Positions 50,901 to 62,900 of a stretch of DNA of 64,000 bases are shown in pieces. Position 1 is the first letter of the stretch; each line of letters opens with the position of its first letter. The notes beneath the pieces are model-generated. The model had not been told where the DNA came from and ran no database searches. It saw only the letters and a list, made by a program, of their open reading frames with translations. This stretch comes from Asterias rubens (lineage: Eukaryota): contig NW_022985699.1 of NCBI RefSeq assembly GCF_902459465.1, positions 62,001 through 126,000 of the forward strand, given 5' to 3'. The position numbers and the translations under genes were made by a program.

Positions 50901-53900
50901 TTAACCCTCCTACTAATTCCCTGAGATGAGAGAGGTAAAGATTCGATTTGTCAAGTTTTTAAACAGGTTGTTGTTTAACCCTCCTACTAATTCCCTGAGA
51001 TGAGAGAGGTAAAGATTCAATTTGTCAAGTTTTTAAACAGGTTATTGTTTAACCCTCCTACTAATTCCCTGAGATGAGAGAGGTAAAGATTCAGTTTGTC
51101 AAGTTTTTAAACAGGTTATTGTTTAACCCTCCGACTAATTCCCTGAGATGAGAGAGGTAAAGATTCAATTTGTCAAGTTTTTCAACAGGTTATTGTTTAA
51201 CCCTCCTACTGTTTGACCCTTCAATATTGTCCCCTTTGCTCATTATATATGATATTCCAGCCTGCAATACATGTTCAAAGTTGTCAAGTTTTTAAACAGG
51301 TTATTGTTAACCCTCCTACTGTTTGACCCTTCAATATTGTCCACTGTGCTTTTTAAATAGTGGATGAACTATGCCAGTCTGCAGTATGATACACTGTGGC
51401 AATGAAAAAAACAGTCAAGCCTCCAACCGTCCGACCATTTAATTTCATCCTCTTTGTTTTTGAATAAGGGAAATAAAAGTGCATGAAAGGTGCAGCTCCA
51501 GTGCACCTGGACTCTGCATTGAATTTCTATGTCTGTGTTGAGTGCTGAGTGGCTCCTTGCGAAAGTTTTAAACCTGTGCACTAAAGTTTAAAATTTGTGC
51601 ACATAAACGTTAAATTTGGACGCTCAGAACAATCATCTTATTAGTCCTTGTACGCACGTCACACGCGGGGACTGTGCTACGCTCACCATTTTGATGGTCA
51701 ATAGGTTTCTGTGTAAAGGCCACGTCGCCTAAAATGCGCACTTCACTGATTAACGCACAGTGACGTTGACCACAAAAATGGCGCCACGTCGCCTAAAATG
51801 CGCACTTCACTGATTAACACACACTGACATTGACCACCAAAATGGCACATCCAAGATTATTGATGATGGCGTCAGGTGAATTGGGTCAATTGGGGGGTTC
51901 TTTTTTTTTAACTGAATACAGTCAGGTCAAGTTTATCACTAACTGACTTCCAAAATTTTAATTCCGTCACAGCTTGAAATTTGACGCAGGTTATCTTACA
52001 TGTTTTATGGTCTTCATGTGATACAACAATTTAACATGCCAAGTGATAAACTACAAGGAAAACTGACTGGGTAAAGTTTAATGAAATTTTGGGATGAACA
52101 AAGAAAATTTTACCAGAAACTTCCTGTCATTTTTCAACTTGTTTCTTCTTCTAGATCCGGCGCTCATTCCGTAATATCCGCCACTCACTGAATGAGATTC
52201 TAACCGTTCTGATTCTTCTGTTCTTAATTCTCTTCTTGTTTGCTCTTCTTGGCCGGGAACTCTTCTCCGATGAGTAAGTAGAACTAAATTGGTAATTGTT
52301 TGTTCTCATCCTTATACTGTGGCTGTGCTGAGATGTAGAACAATGAGCTACTCCAGTAGCTTTTTCCCTCGTACTTCATCTCTTTGGAACTCCTTGCCTG
52401 GTGCATGTTTCCCTTCATCCTATAGATGATCTTCCATCTTTTAAAGGCAGTGGACACTATTGGTAATTGTCAAAGACTAGCCTTCACAGTTGATGTATCT
52501 CAACATATACATAAAATAACAAACCTGTGAAATTTTGAGCTCAATCGGTCATCAAAGTTGCGAGATAATAATGAAAGAAGAAAACACCCTTGTCACACGA
52601 AGTTGGGTGCATTTAGATGGTTGATTTTGAGACCTCAAGTTCTAAACTTGAGGTCTCAAAATCAAATTCGTGGAAAATTACTTCCTTCTCCAAAACTATG
52701 GTACTTCAGAGGGAGCCGTTTCTCACAATGTTTTATACCACCAACCTCTCCCCATTACTTATCACCAAGAAAGGTTTTATGCTAATAATTATTTTGAGTA
52801 ATTACCAATAGTGTCCACTGCCTTTAAGAGGAATATCAATTCCTACCTTCAGCTCCTCCTTCTTCCTTGTAGCCCTTTACCTAGATTGGCTTTAAGCCTT
52901 GTTTTGGGCGAACTTTTTTTTTTTTTAAACATGGTTGAAAATGAATTACTGATAGTTCAAACCTGAAGATATTACTTGTGTCTTTCTTATAACTAAACTT
53001 CAATAGCAATTATCAGTGTAACTACTGTATTGTTTTTCATGATGAAGCAGTCTGGCACTTAAAACTTGAGGCCTTGTTTTTAGAGTGTGCTTTCAAATCC
53101 CGCTTATGACAAGAAAGTTAACAACAAACACGTTTCTTAAACCTTAACCCTCCCAAGTTCTAGTCATGAAGTTGTAGGATTGTACATTAGATGATTGAGA
53201 GCGAAATAACAATTTGCACTACGCAATTCACAGTCAACCCTTCTACTGTTTGACCAGTTAATATTATCTACTGTGGGGGCGTTACAACTAAACAACTTTG
53301 AGGTGTATTTTAAAGTGAAATGTTTTACATAGTAGTTTTTTTTCCTTTTGTAGCGACCTGAAAGAAGTTCTATCATCGGAGCCTTACTTTGCACACTACA
53401 TTGAAAATATCTGGGAACTGTATATCCTTGTGACTACGGCCAACAGTCCTGACGTCATGTAAGTAGACAGACATGAACTCTGCCTAATTTCATAGAGCTG
53501 CTTAAGCAGAAAATACTGCTTTAAAAGTCTCTGCTAAGCATGATAACAGCCACAAGTTGTACATTGTTGAAGTGGGCACAACTTGGTTAGTGCGTATGGG
53601 TTTGGTTGGGTTAGGTTGGGTTTTACTGGCTTGGCTTGGATGGGGTTTGGTGAAGTTAGGATGGGTTTGCACAGTTGGGCCACCATAGGGCCTATACAAT
53701 CTGCAGTCAAATAGTTTTGAAGGATTGCTCAACTTAGAAATATAAAGTTACCCACCACCTCCTTTGACTGAACTAACCTAAGATCTAACCTGTGCCTTGT
53801 TTATTTTGTAGGATGTCAGTGTATGACCGGAATAGATTCTGCTGGGTTGAAGTGGGTACAACTGGGTTAGTGTGTATGGGTTTGGTTGGGTTTGGTTGGG

Positions 53901-56900
53901 TCAGGTTGGGTTTTATTGGCTTTGCTTGGATTGGGTTTGGTGTAGTTAGGATGGGTTTGCACAGTTGGGCCACAGATGGTTTTAAAGAGTCGGGCAACTC
54001 AGAAATAGATAACACCATGTTAAGTACCAACCTTCTTTGAACTAAACTAAGATCTAACCTATGTCTTCTTTACTTTGGTAGGATGTCAGGGTACGACCAG
54101 AATAGATTCTGCTGGGTTGAAGTGGGTACAACTGGGTTAGTGTGTATGGGTTTGGTTGGGTTAGGTTAGGTTAAGTTGGGTTAGGTTGGGTTTAATTGGC
54201 TTGGCTTGGGTTTGGTGTGTAGGATGGGTTTGCACAGATAGGCCACCATGCTTAATCAAAGCAGTTAAATGGTTTTGAAGGGTTGGGCAACTCAGAAATA
54301 GATAACACCATGGTTAGTACCAACCTTCTTTGAACTTACCTAAGATCTGACCTATGACCTTATATACTTTGTAGGATGCCAGCCTATGACTGGAATAGTT
54401 TCTACATAGTATTCTTTGTGATCTTCGTCTTGCTGTGTAATTACATCTTTATGAGTATCTTCCTTGCTGTTATATACAAGAACTACCGAAAACATCTCAA
54501 GGTAATTAAACTTTTGTTTGAAACTTTTTTTTTTTTCTTTTCTTTTAAAGGCAGTGGACACTATTGGTAATTACTCGAAATAATTATTCACATAAAACCT
54601 TACTTCGTAGGGAGTAATGGGGAGAGTTTGATAGTATAAAACATTGTGAGAAGCGGCTCCCTCTGAAGTAACATAGTTTTCCACGAATTTGATGTCGAGA
54701 CCTCGGACTTAGATTTTGAGGTCTCGAAATCAAACATCTGAAAGCACACAACTTCATGCGACAAGGGTGTGTTTTTCTTTCATCATTATCTTGCAACTTC
54801 GAAGACCAACTGAGCTCAAATTTTCACAGGTTTGTTATTTTATGCATATGTTGAGATACACAAATTGAGAAGACTGGTCTTTGACAATTACCAATAGTGA
54901 CCAGAGTCGTTAAATGTTTTCTTTAAAATTTGTATCACAATTAACTGATTTTAAGGACACACGTATCACGACTGGGACTAGTAGAACCCACACTCTACTG
55001 ATCAGAAATTCCAGAGCTTGAGTCCAGTGTGCTTGACCGCTCAACCACGCCATGTGACAAATAATAATATCAGATTTTCGCTGCACAGAACGAAGTTCAG
55101 ACCTCAGTGTTTCTGAAAAGAAGGAAGCTCGCCAAGGCGTGGGACATCCTGAAAGTCACAGTTGACAGCAAGTTTGTGCTGACGTGGGAGCGATGGAGAG
55201 CAGTGATGAAGTTTGTCATTCCAAAACACAGTGACATGCAAGTACATCTGCTGTGGAAGGTTCTTGATAACGATGACAATGGATCAGTTGGTGAGAGACA
55301 TTGAATGTTTTTATTGGGTTGTAGTGGGTTGAAGTGGGCACAACTGAGTGGGTGCAGGTGGGGTGGGGAGGGTTGGGTTGGGTTGGGTTGGGCTTTGTTT
55401 TGGGTTGGGCTTGGCTGGGTTATAATGTGTTGGGTTTTGGTGGTGTTGGGTTTGGTTTGGTTTGGTTTGCATTGGTTTGGGTTGGGTGTAGTTGGGTTTG
55501 GGTGGGTTGGGTTGTGTAGTATGGTTGAGTTTGGCTGGGTTTGGGTTGCACTGGTTTGGGTGGGTTGGGTTTGGATTGTATTAGTTTGGGTTGGGTTGCA
55601 CTTGGTTGGTTTGTTTTTGTTTTTGTATGTTCATGCTTATGATATTTTCTTCCTCACTCTTAAGTCTAGCAAATCCCTCTTCGATTGAGTGCATTATGTT
55701 TATGGATCCTAATGCTTTATCCCTCAGCCAAATGGGAGTTCCTACGCATTGTAGATCTCCTCAGTGTTAAGCTCTCGACCATCAACCAAAGCATGCCATT
55801 CTTCCAGAAGTATATGGCCACATGCTACAACTCTACACTCAGCGAATTCATCTGCAAATATGTCAAACATAGGTAAGTAGTTCAACCCATTTCTGTCTAA
55901 CTTCAAGTTTACACTTCATCTCAAGGAATCTTCGATCAAGTTCCATGCTTGTCCTCATTGAACTATAGTCTTGACACTCCTGCAGTGATAGGTATTTTTC
56001 TTCAGCTGCGCCACGCATCTGGAACTCTCTACCACTTAATCTTAGATCTTGTCTTTGTACCACAAAATTCAAACCTCTTCTCAAAACCGATCTTATTGTC
56101 ATGTTTGAATGTGTTGTGTTTTACGGTATACATTTACCTATAGTCGAGTTCCGGAGCCCAATCAGTACAAAGTGACACGATGTTGACTTGCTGATGGCTG
56201 GATTCGGACTATCACCAGCAGGGCTACACAAGGCTGCCTCGCTAGCGGTCACGCCCTAGTGGTTTATTACGTAACTGATAATAATGTCAATTCACTACAA
56301 ATGTTTTGTTCATATTTCCTCTGATGTGTCATTCGTTCAGATACTTCCGCTTCTTCTTTGACTTTGTGATCATGATCAATGCGTTTCTGATCATCGTCAA
56401 GGTTGATGAAGCAGAGTGGTACTTCTTGGGCATCTTCATGTTTGAGATCCTGATCAAGATGTACGTCTATGGTTTCTACAAGTACTTCAAAAGCGCTTGG
56501 AATGTGTAAGTAATCCTGCAGTGTTGCAGTACTCATACTACTCGATTACTACTCGGGTGGTACCTGAGTATCAAATAGTACTTGAGTACTATTCGGGTAC
56601 TACTCAGATAGTACTCAATTACTACTCCAGTAGTACTCAAATACTCTTTGTGTACTACTCGGGTACTACTGGAGTATTCAATATTTTTTGCTTATATTTT
56701 TTAATGGTGTATTTTTCTTAAACTACTTACTACATGTATGTAATTTTGTTATGCCGTTTTTAATGTTATGCGCCCTCAAACAGGCTGGTCCTGGAGAGAG
56801 CACAATACAAAACCAATGAATTATTATCATTATTATTACATATTTTTTCTCTTGTAGATTTGACTTTGTAATTATCACTGTAGCCTTTGTAATCAGCGCC

Positions 56901-59900
56901 ATAGAGGAAGTAGTACAGCAAACGTCAAGTAAGTTGTTTTTACTCTTTACTCTGGTTTTAATTTTGGGCCACTTTTTTTCTAACTTGACTCTTAGATAAT
57001 GTGTTTCTTACTATTAATTTGACAGTTGCGCTAATGTGATAAGACTTTTGAACGCTAAGAGTTTGGCTCTGGCTTGGAGTATAGCTCTGCGGCTTAGGAT
57101 CTGGCTCTGGCTAAGCGTGCCACTTTGGCTTGGGCTCTGGCTCAGGCTTATTTATTGTTTAAGGCTCTCCCGTTACAAACCGTGGCTTCTTATGTTAAGC
57201 AGCCATTGTTGTATACTCCTGTTAATATTTGTATTATTCTTTACTTATGAAATAGGTGAAGAAATTTGTACAAATTAAATGAAAGTAATGTGTGTATTTA
57301 CAGGTTAAATTCTTTGTTAGCTGCTCATTTCATTGTGTTTTTGGTTGTCTTGTTACCCTTTTTATGGTTGGAGTCTGATTCATAATATCAGCGTACTTTT
57401 ATTGAAGTTTATAGTAATTTTGATGTTCATTTTATACATTTGTATGCGTTCTTGATTGATTGAATTTTGGTGGTTTTTATTTCTAGTGGAATCTTTCAGT
57501 GTTCATTGTATGTATATTTATGATGTCTTAATGAATTGTTGATTCTCATTGTGTAGATCTGTATGCCTGATTGAATGATTTAATGGCATTTTTTGTGTCA
57601 TATGGAATTGTTATTGTTAAGCCTTATAAGATGGCAAGGTGCTACATAATTGAGTCTTAGAATGTATAACTTCAATATCTTATCTTTCTGTAAAATATGT
57701 ATATTTTTTTTACTTTAGTAACTTGTTGGTAGATACATGTACGTGTGTTATATAAGACTTTTCACACATGTCTGAAGGAATATGCTATATAAGACTTTGA
57801 TATTATTATTATTATTAAATATTGTTATTGGTTATCATGCTATTATTAGGATTATTGTTATAATAGAGTGGTAGTTGTAATCGAAAAATGTATCTACAAG
57901 TATTTTGTACTGCCTTAAAGCCATTATACACTTTCGGTAAACAGTATTGTCCAAGTCCCACACTTCGTGTATCACAACTTATATATAAAATAACAATCCT
58001 GTGAAAATTTAGGCTCAATCGGACATCGGAGTCGGGAGAAAATAACGGGAAAACCCACTCCTGTTTTCGCGCGTTTCACCGTGTCATGACATGTGTTTAT
58101 AACAAATCCGTAATTCTCGTTAACGAGAATTTATATTGTTTTACCGTTTTCTCAAAAAGTAAAGCATTTCATGGACTAATATTTCAAGAGAAGTCTTTCA
58201 CCACTACCTTCTGTGAACCCTGTAAATTTTTTGTAAATCTGTGAACTTTTTTTTTTTTTCCTGTACCGAAAGGGTCCAATGGCTTTAACTCTTGTAGTGT
58301 GCACCATTTACTATTTCAGAAGATTTCACAGAGCCCACATTAGACTTTCTCCTAGTCCTCAGAGTGTTGAGAATCTTAAGAGTCATTGGAGGCATTGAAA
58401 GGTGAGTTTTGTGAACATGTCAAGTTGAGTGCGCAAACATTTGATAAAAGGACTTACAGCATGCATTTTGAATTTCGATTGTGATGATTTTTATGCTGTT
58501 GTAGATTTTTGTAATGCGCTTTTGAACATTTTATGGTGAAATGTACATAATAAATGTGGTTTTGTTATTTTTATTATTATTTCTCTTTTTGTGGACAGGT
58601 ATCAAGTCATTATATCCACCATTAGCAACATCGGTCCGTCAATTCTAACGTTTGGTGGCGTCTTATTCGTAAGTTCTTAGTCGAATGTCTATGTTTGTCA
58701 ATAAGGTATTTATGAGTTCAATTTATATAACATAAGGTACAATTCCTGATCCCTATGGATTGCTAAATTGAAAGTCCTCTGGCCAATAATACTGTTGGTA
58801 TGTCATATGGTCCGTTGCAAGCTTTTGTATAGCAACCTTTTTTTGGGGGGGGGGGGGTATCATCTGCCCAATGTCGGGCATGGAATACTCTACAATTTTA
58901 CAGTTCAGATAGATTGTTTACTTTGTTAAATTTTTATACATCTTTATAAACATCATCATCATCAGTCGGCTGCACAGCATGTGGACACAAGCTTTTCCCA
59001 TTCTCTCCTGTCTTGTGCTATTCTCTGAATCTCAAAACGGGAAGAGCAGAAAATCCGCGGAGACTAATCTTCCTACGTATGTACTCAGGGTACAGCAGGC
59101 GCTGACGTCCTTGTTTGCGCCGGCCATGCGATGATAAACATAGGCATTTGAAAATATTATTTGTATAATTTGCTCTTGTTTTGCTTTATAGTTGTTTCTA
59201 CAGACCCATCTTCATGACCACATCTTCATTCAGTGCATTGCAGAGAGTCCACTTCAGCATTCCATCCTGCACACCATCATCAGCTACAGGTTCATGATAA
59301 CACATTTAACCTTAACCCCCCCCCCCCCTCTCCCCCACCCCTCAACACGTCCTCAGATTTAAATAAACTTACACAGTTTGAAAACGATGATTGTAGAAAG
59401 CTCCCCTTGAAATATAACGTGATGAGTACTCTAGCTTTTAAGAAATGACTAAAACAGTTTCATAAAAATAATTTTTGTCTCAGTTTTTAGTATGGAAACG
59501 TGTTTACCAGTATGGTGTAATTTTCATAACTGGTAACCACGTTTAATATTAATAATAATAATAATAACAAATTCTTATACAGTGCATTTCACAATAACCT
59601 TATCAATGCGATTTACATAAGTGCCCTGGTCGTAGCACAAATAACATCCCTTTTATCTTTCTCAGCTCCCGTGGGAGTATACAGCCCCAAGCTGTCGTGG
59701 CGCGCCAAAGGCTTTTTTATAGACAATATCAACCTCTACCCATACACCCACACAGGTACCCATTTATACCCCTGGGTGAAGAGAAGCAATTATAGTATCT
59801 TGCTAAAGGACACAAGTGTCACAACCAAGATTTGAACCCACACTGTGATTACTTAGCACCAGAACTTGAAATTGATGCTCTTAACCGCAAGGCCCTGACA

Positions 59901-62900
59901 CATGCTAAAGTATTTTTTGTCTCATGGAGACAAAAATTATTTTTGTGTGACTTGTTTAGTAATTTCTCAAAAATGAAAAGCACCTCAGCAAGTAATATCG
60001 TACTAACTCGCAAGAATGCATGTTGAATGTCCCCAACTTCCACATATGGTTCAGAACACTTTCCAATGCTTCACACACATATCAGGAATGTAAACTAATC
60101 TCAAAGGCTGATTGCCACAGAATCTCCCCTAAATCCATTTCTAATTTATTTTAAGAAACCCCCAATCCGCCTCAGAACTCATACCTGTTTTTAACATCAG
60201 CACTCTCTAGTATCAACTAAAACTTACATTGTCATTTGTAAGACTTCACACATCACAAGAACAATAGATTTACATGGTAGTCTGGTAGTAAATCAGCCTC
60301 AACACCAGTGCCTGCATGGTAGATGAAGACAGGGGACCAGACTAGGTAGTAGCTCAATGACCTTTCACATAGTTTTATTCAATCTTTGACCTTTGACCTT
60401 TGACCTTTGACAGGTTATCTTCTATGTGTTTGCCGTCATCGGTATGGGAATATTCCGCAGGCGGATTACCTTCTACGGTTACCTACCCGACAACGCGTAC
60501 ACGGACCCGACACAACTCTACTGCGGGACGGGCATCGCCAATTTCACCAAGTCGGAATTCTACAACCACCATTACTGCAGCAACAACTTCAACGACATCA
60601 CCAAGGCCTTCGTTGTGCTGTTTGAGCTGATGGTGGTCAACCAATGGCATGATATCCTTTGATTACAGGGAACCAGTGAATGACCTTTAACACTAGTGTT
60701 AATTTTTATAGGCTCTTTTTCACAAACAAAAAGTTAAAACCATGAAAAACGGATTAGTCAGCTGATGTGTTTATTCACCATTCCATCGTGTAGCCTGCAC
60801 AGGCAAACACTTTATTTAAGGGGCAGATGTAACTGGAATTCATGCTGAAAATCTCCCTTTGTCAAGGGTTATTGTGTTATCCCTGATCGAGGACCATTGT
60901 CCTTTTGTTATACAAATGAGGATGACAAGATCAGACAGCTTTAATGGAATGAAAACTTAATAAAATTTGGTGTTCTGTTTTAATATCAAAGAAACCTTCT
61001 CTTTGGTCCTTAATTGTTCACACTGATTGCCGATGGCTTTGTTCTCGTCACGCATAAAGCGGCGAGGATTTACTTCCTATCCTTTCATATCGTCATGGTG
61101 GTGATCATCGTCAAGTAAGTAAACGCAGCCATTTATTGGAAAATTTTGCGCTCAGTTGTTACCACAGACTTATGGATCTGGTTGGCTCGGTGTTTTCTTT
61201 CCCTGCCTTTCATCTCTGTGGACCCCAGTTCAAACTCTGTCTCGGAGCGAGCCTTTGCGCATAGATTGGGTTTTAACCCCAACGAGGGCCTAATTTCATA
61301 GAGCTGCTTAAGCAGAATGTTTTGCTTACTTTGTGCTTAGCAGAAAGTAGCAGGACACCAATCAAAAATTGTGTATGTGACATGGTATTTTGGCTGGTAA
61401 CTTTATTCTGGTAAGCATATGTTTTGGTAAGCATATATTTGTAGGCTAAGCAACTTTTTTGTGCTCTGTCTGAGTTTTCTCTATTTTAGATTTATTTAGA
61501 TTTATTTTAGGTGTTCCCCCGCATTTTGAAACTGACATGTTTTCATCTTCTGTTTGCAGCTATCAATAAAGAAAATGCATTGTTATGAAGGGCTTAAAGA
61601 ACCAAGTTAACATGGTTTGCTTGAGGACCTTTGTTGCTTGTTATGCTCTTGATTTGAGTGGGAAAACTCAAGTTGTATTACTGCTGTTATAGTACCGCCA
61701 TGACTTAAGTGATCACACTAAAACAGTGTCAGGGAATTTTGTGTTTCCCTTTTTGTAAAATGTTTCCTCTTTCGGTCAAAGACTGGTCTTTGAAAATTAC
61801 CAAAGGTGTCCAGTGTCTTTAAAGAACCAAGTTGAGCTCGAGGACCTTCGTTGCTTGTTATGCTCTTGATTTGAGTGGGAAAACTCAAGTTGTATTACTG
61901 CTGTTATAGTACCGCCATGACTTAAGTGATCACACTAAAACAGTGTCAGGGAATTTTGTGTTTCCCTTTTTGTAAAATGTTTCCTCTTTCGGTCAAAGAC
62001 TGGTCTTTGAAAATTACCAAAGGTGTCCAGTGTCTTTAAAGAACCAAGTTGAGCTCGAGGACCTTCGTTGTTTGTTATGCTCTTGATGCTCTTGATTTGA
62101 GCAGAAAATTTCAAGTAATGTATTATTGTCAGTATAATTACTCATGTGGTGATACTTAAAAAAGCATCGAGGAATTTTGTGTTTTCCTTATGACGATGTT
62201 TCCTTTTTCGTTTTTTTTTTGTTTTGGACACAGCATCTTCATTGCGTTCATCCTGGAGGTGTTCATGGTGGAGTATTCGCTCTCTAAGAGTAAGTACGAG
62301 GGCGCTATTGAGAAGAAGATTGATGAGCTGGGGCTGGGAGTTGACCTGTAAGTATCTTGCTTGGTGTAGCAGGAGATTCATACTTTTATCATGAACGTTT
62401 TGATGTACTATTACTGCATTTATATTTACCTTTTTTTTGTTGTCTGGTCAAAATGTGTTCCTTGTTCATCATAAATTTGGTTGTATTTTCATATATTTTT
62501 CATGAACATTTGAATGTTGTACTATTACTGCATTTATGTTTTGATGTTCCTTTTTATCCTGGTCAAAATGTGCTCATTTGTCATCAATAATTTTGTTGTA
62601 TTTTCATATTTATCATATGCATGATAATCATCCTACTTTTAAAGTGGTATTGTTCTTTTTGTCTTCTCTTTTTTTGTCTTTCTTCCATGGTTGCCTCGCC
62701 AGTTAGTTTAAAGTTCTTTGCATAGCTAAGGTTATGGGCCTCTGTCTCCTAAAGAGCTCAAAACATTACCAACGCCAGCAGGGATAGGCCTACATGTATG
62801 AAATATGTAACTTTTAGTACTCTGTTGGCGGGACAGACACATCCCAAAACTGTGGATCGGGCACTGGCCAGGACCCAATGTCATGGCTCTGCTTACCGCC

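Noticed and set aside
52558-52811. ORFs such as 2409-2622, 49166-49387, 52558-52811 and 54584-54796
   Set aside because: They are chance frames in copies of the non-autonomous family-A MITE. I saw no DDE transposase motifs.
53422-53430. ATATCCTTG U12-like donor
   Set aside because: It lies inside TPC3 exon 7, encoding LYILV just before the TTAN filter. The reading frame needs no intron there.
55305-55688. 127-aa G/W/V/L-rich ORF
   Set aside because: It is a translation of the (GGTTG)n microsatellite in a TPC3 intron.
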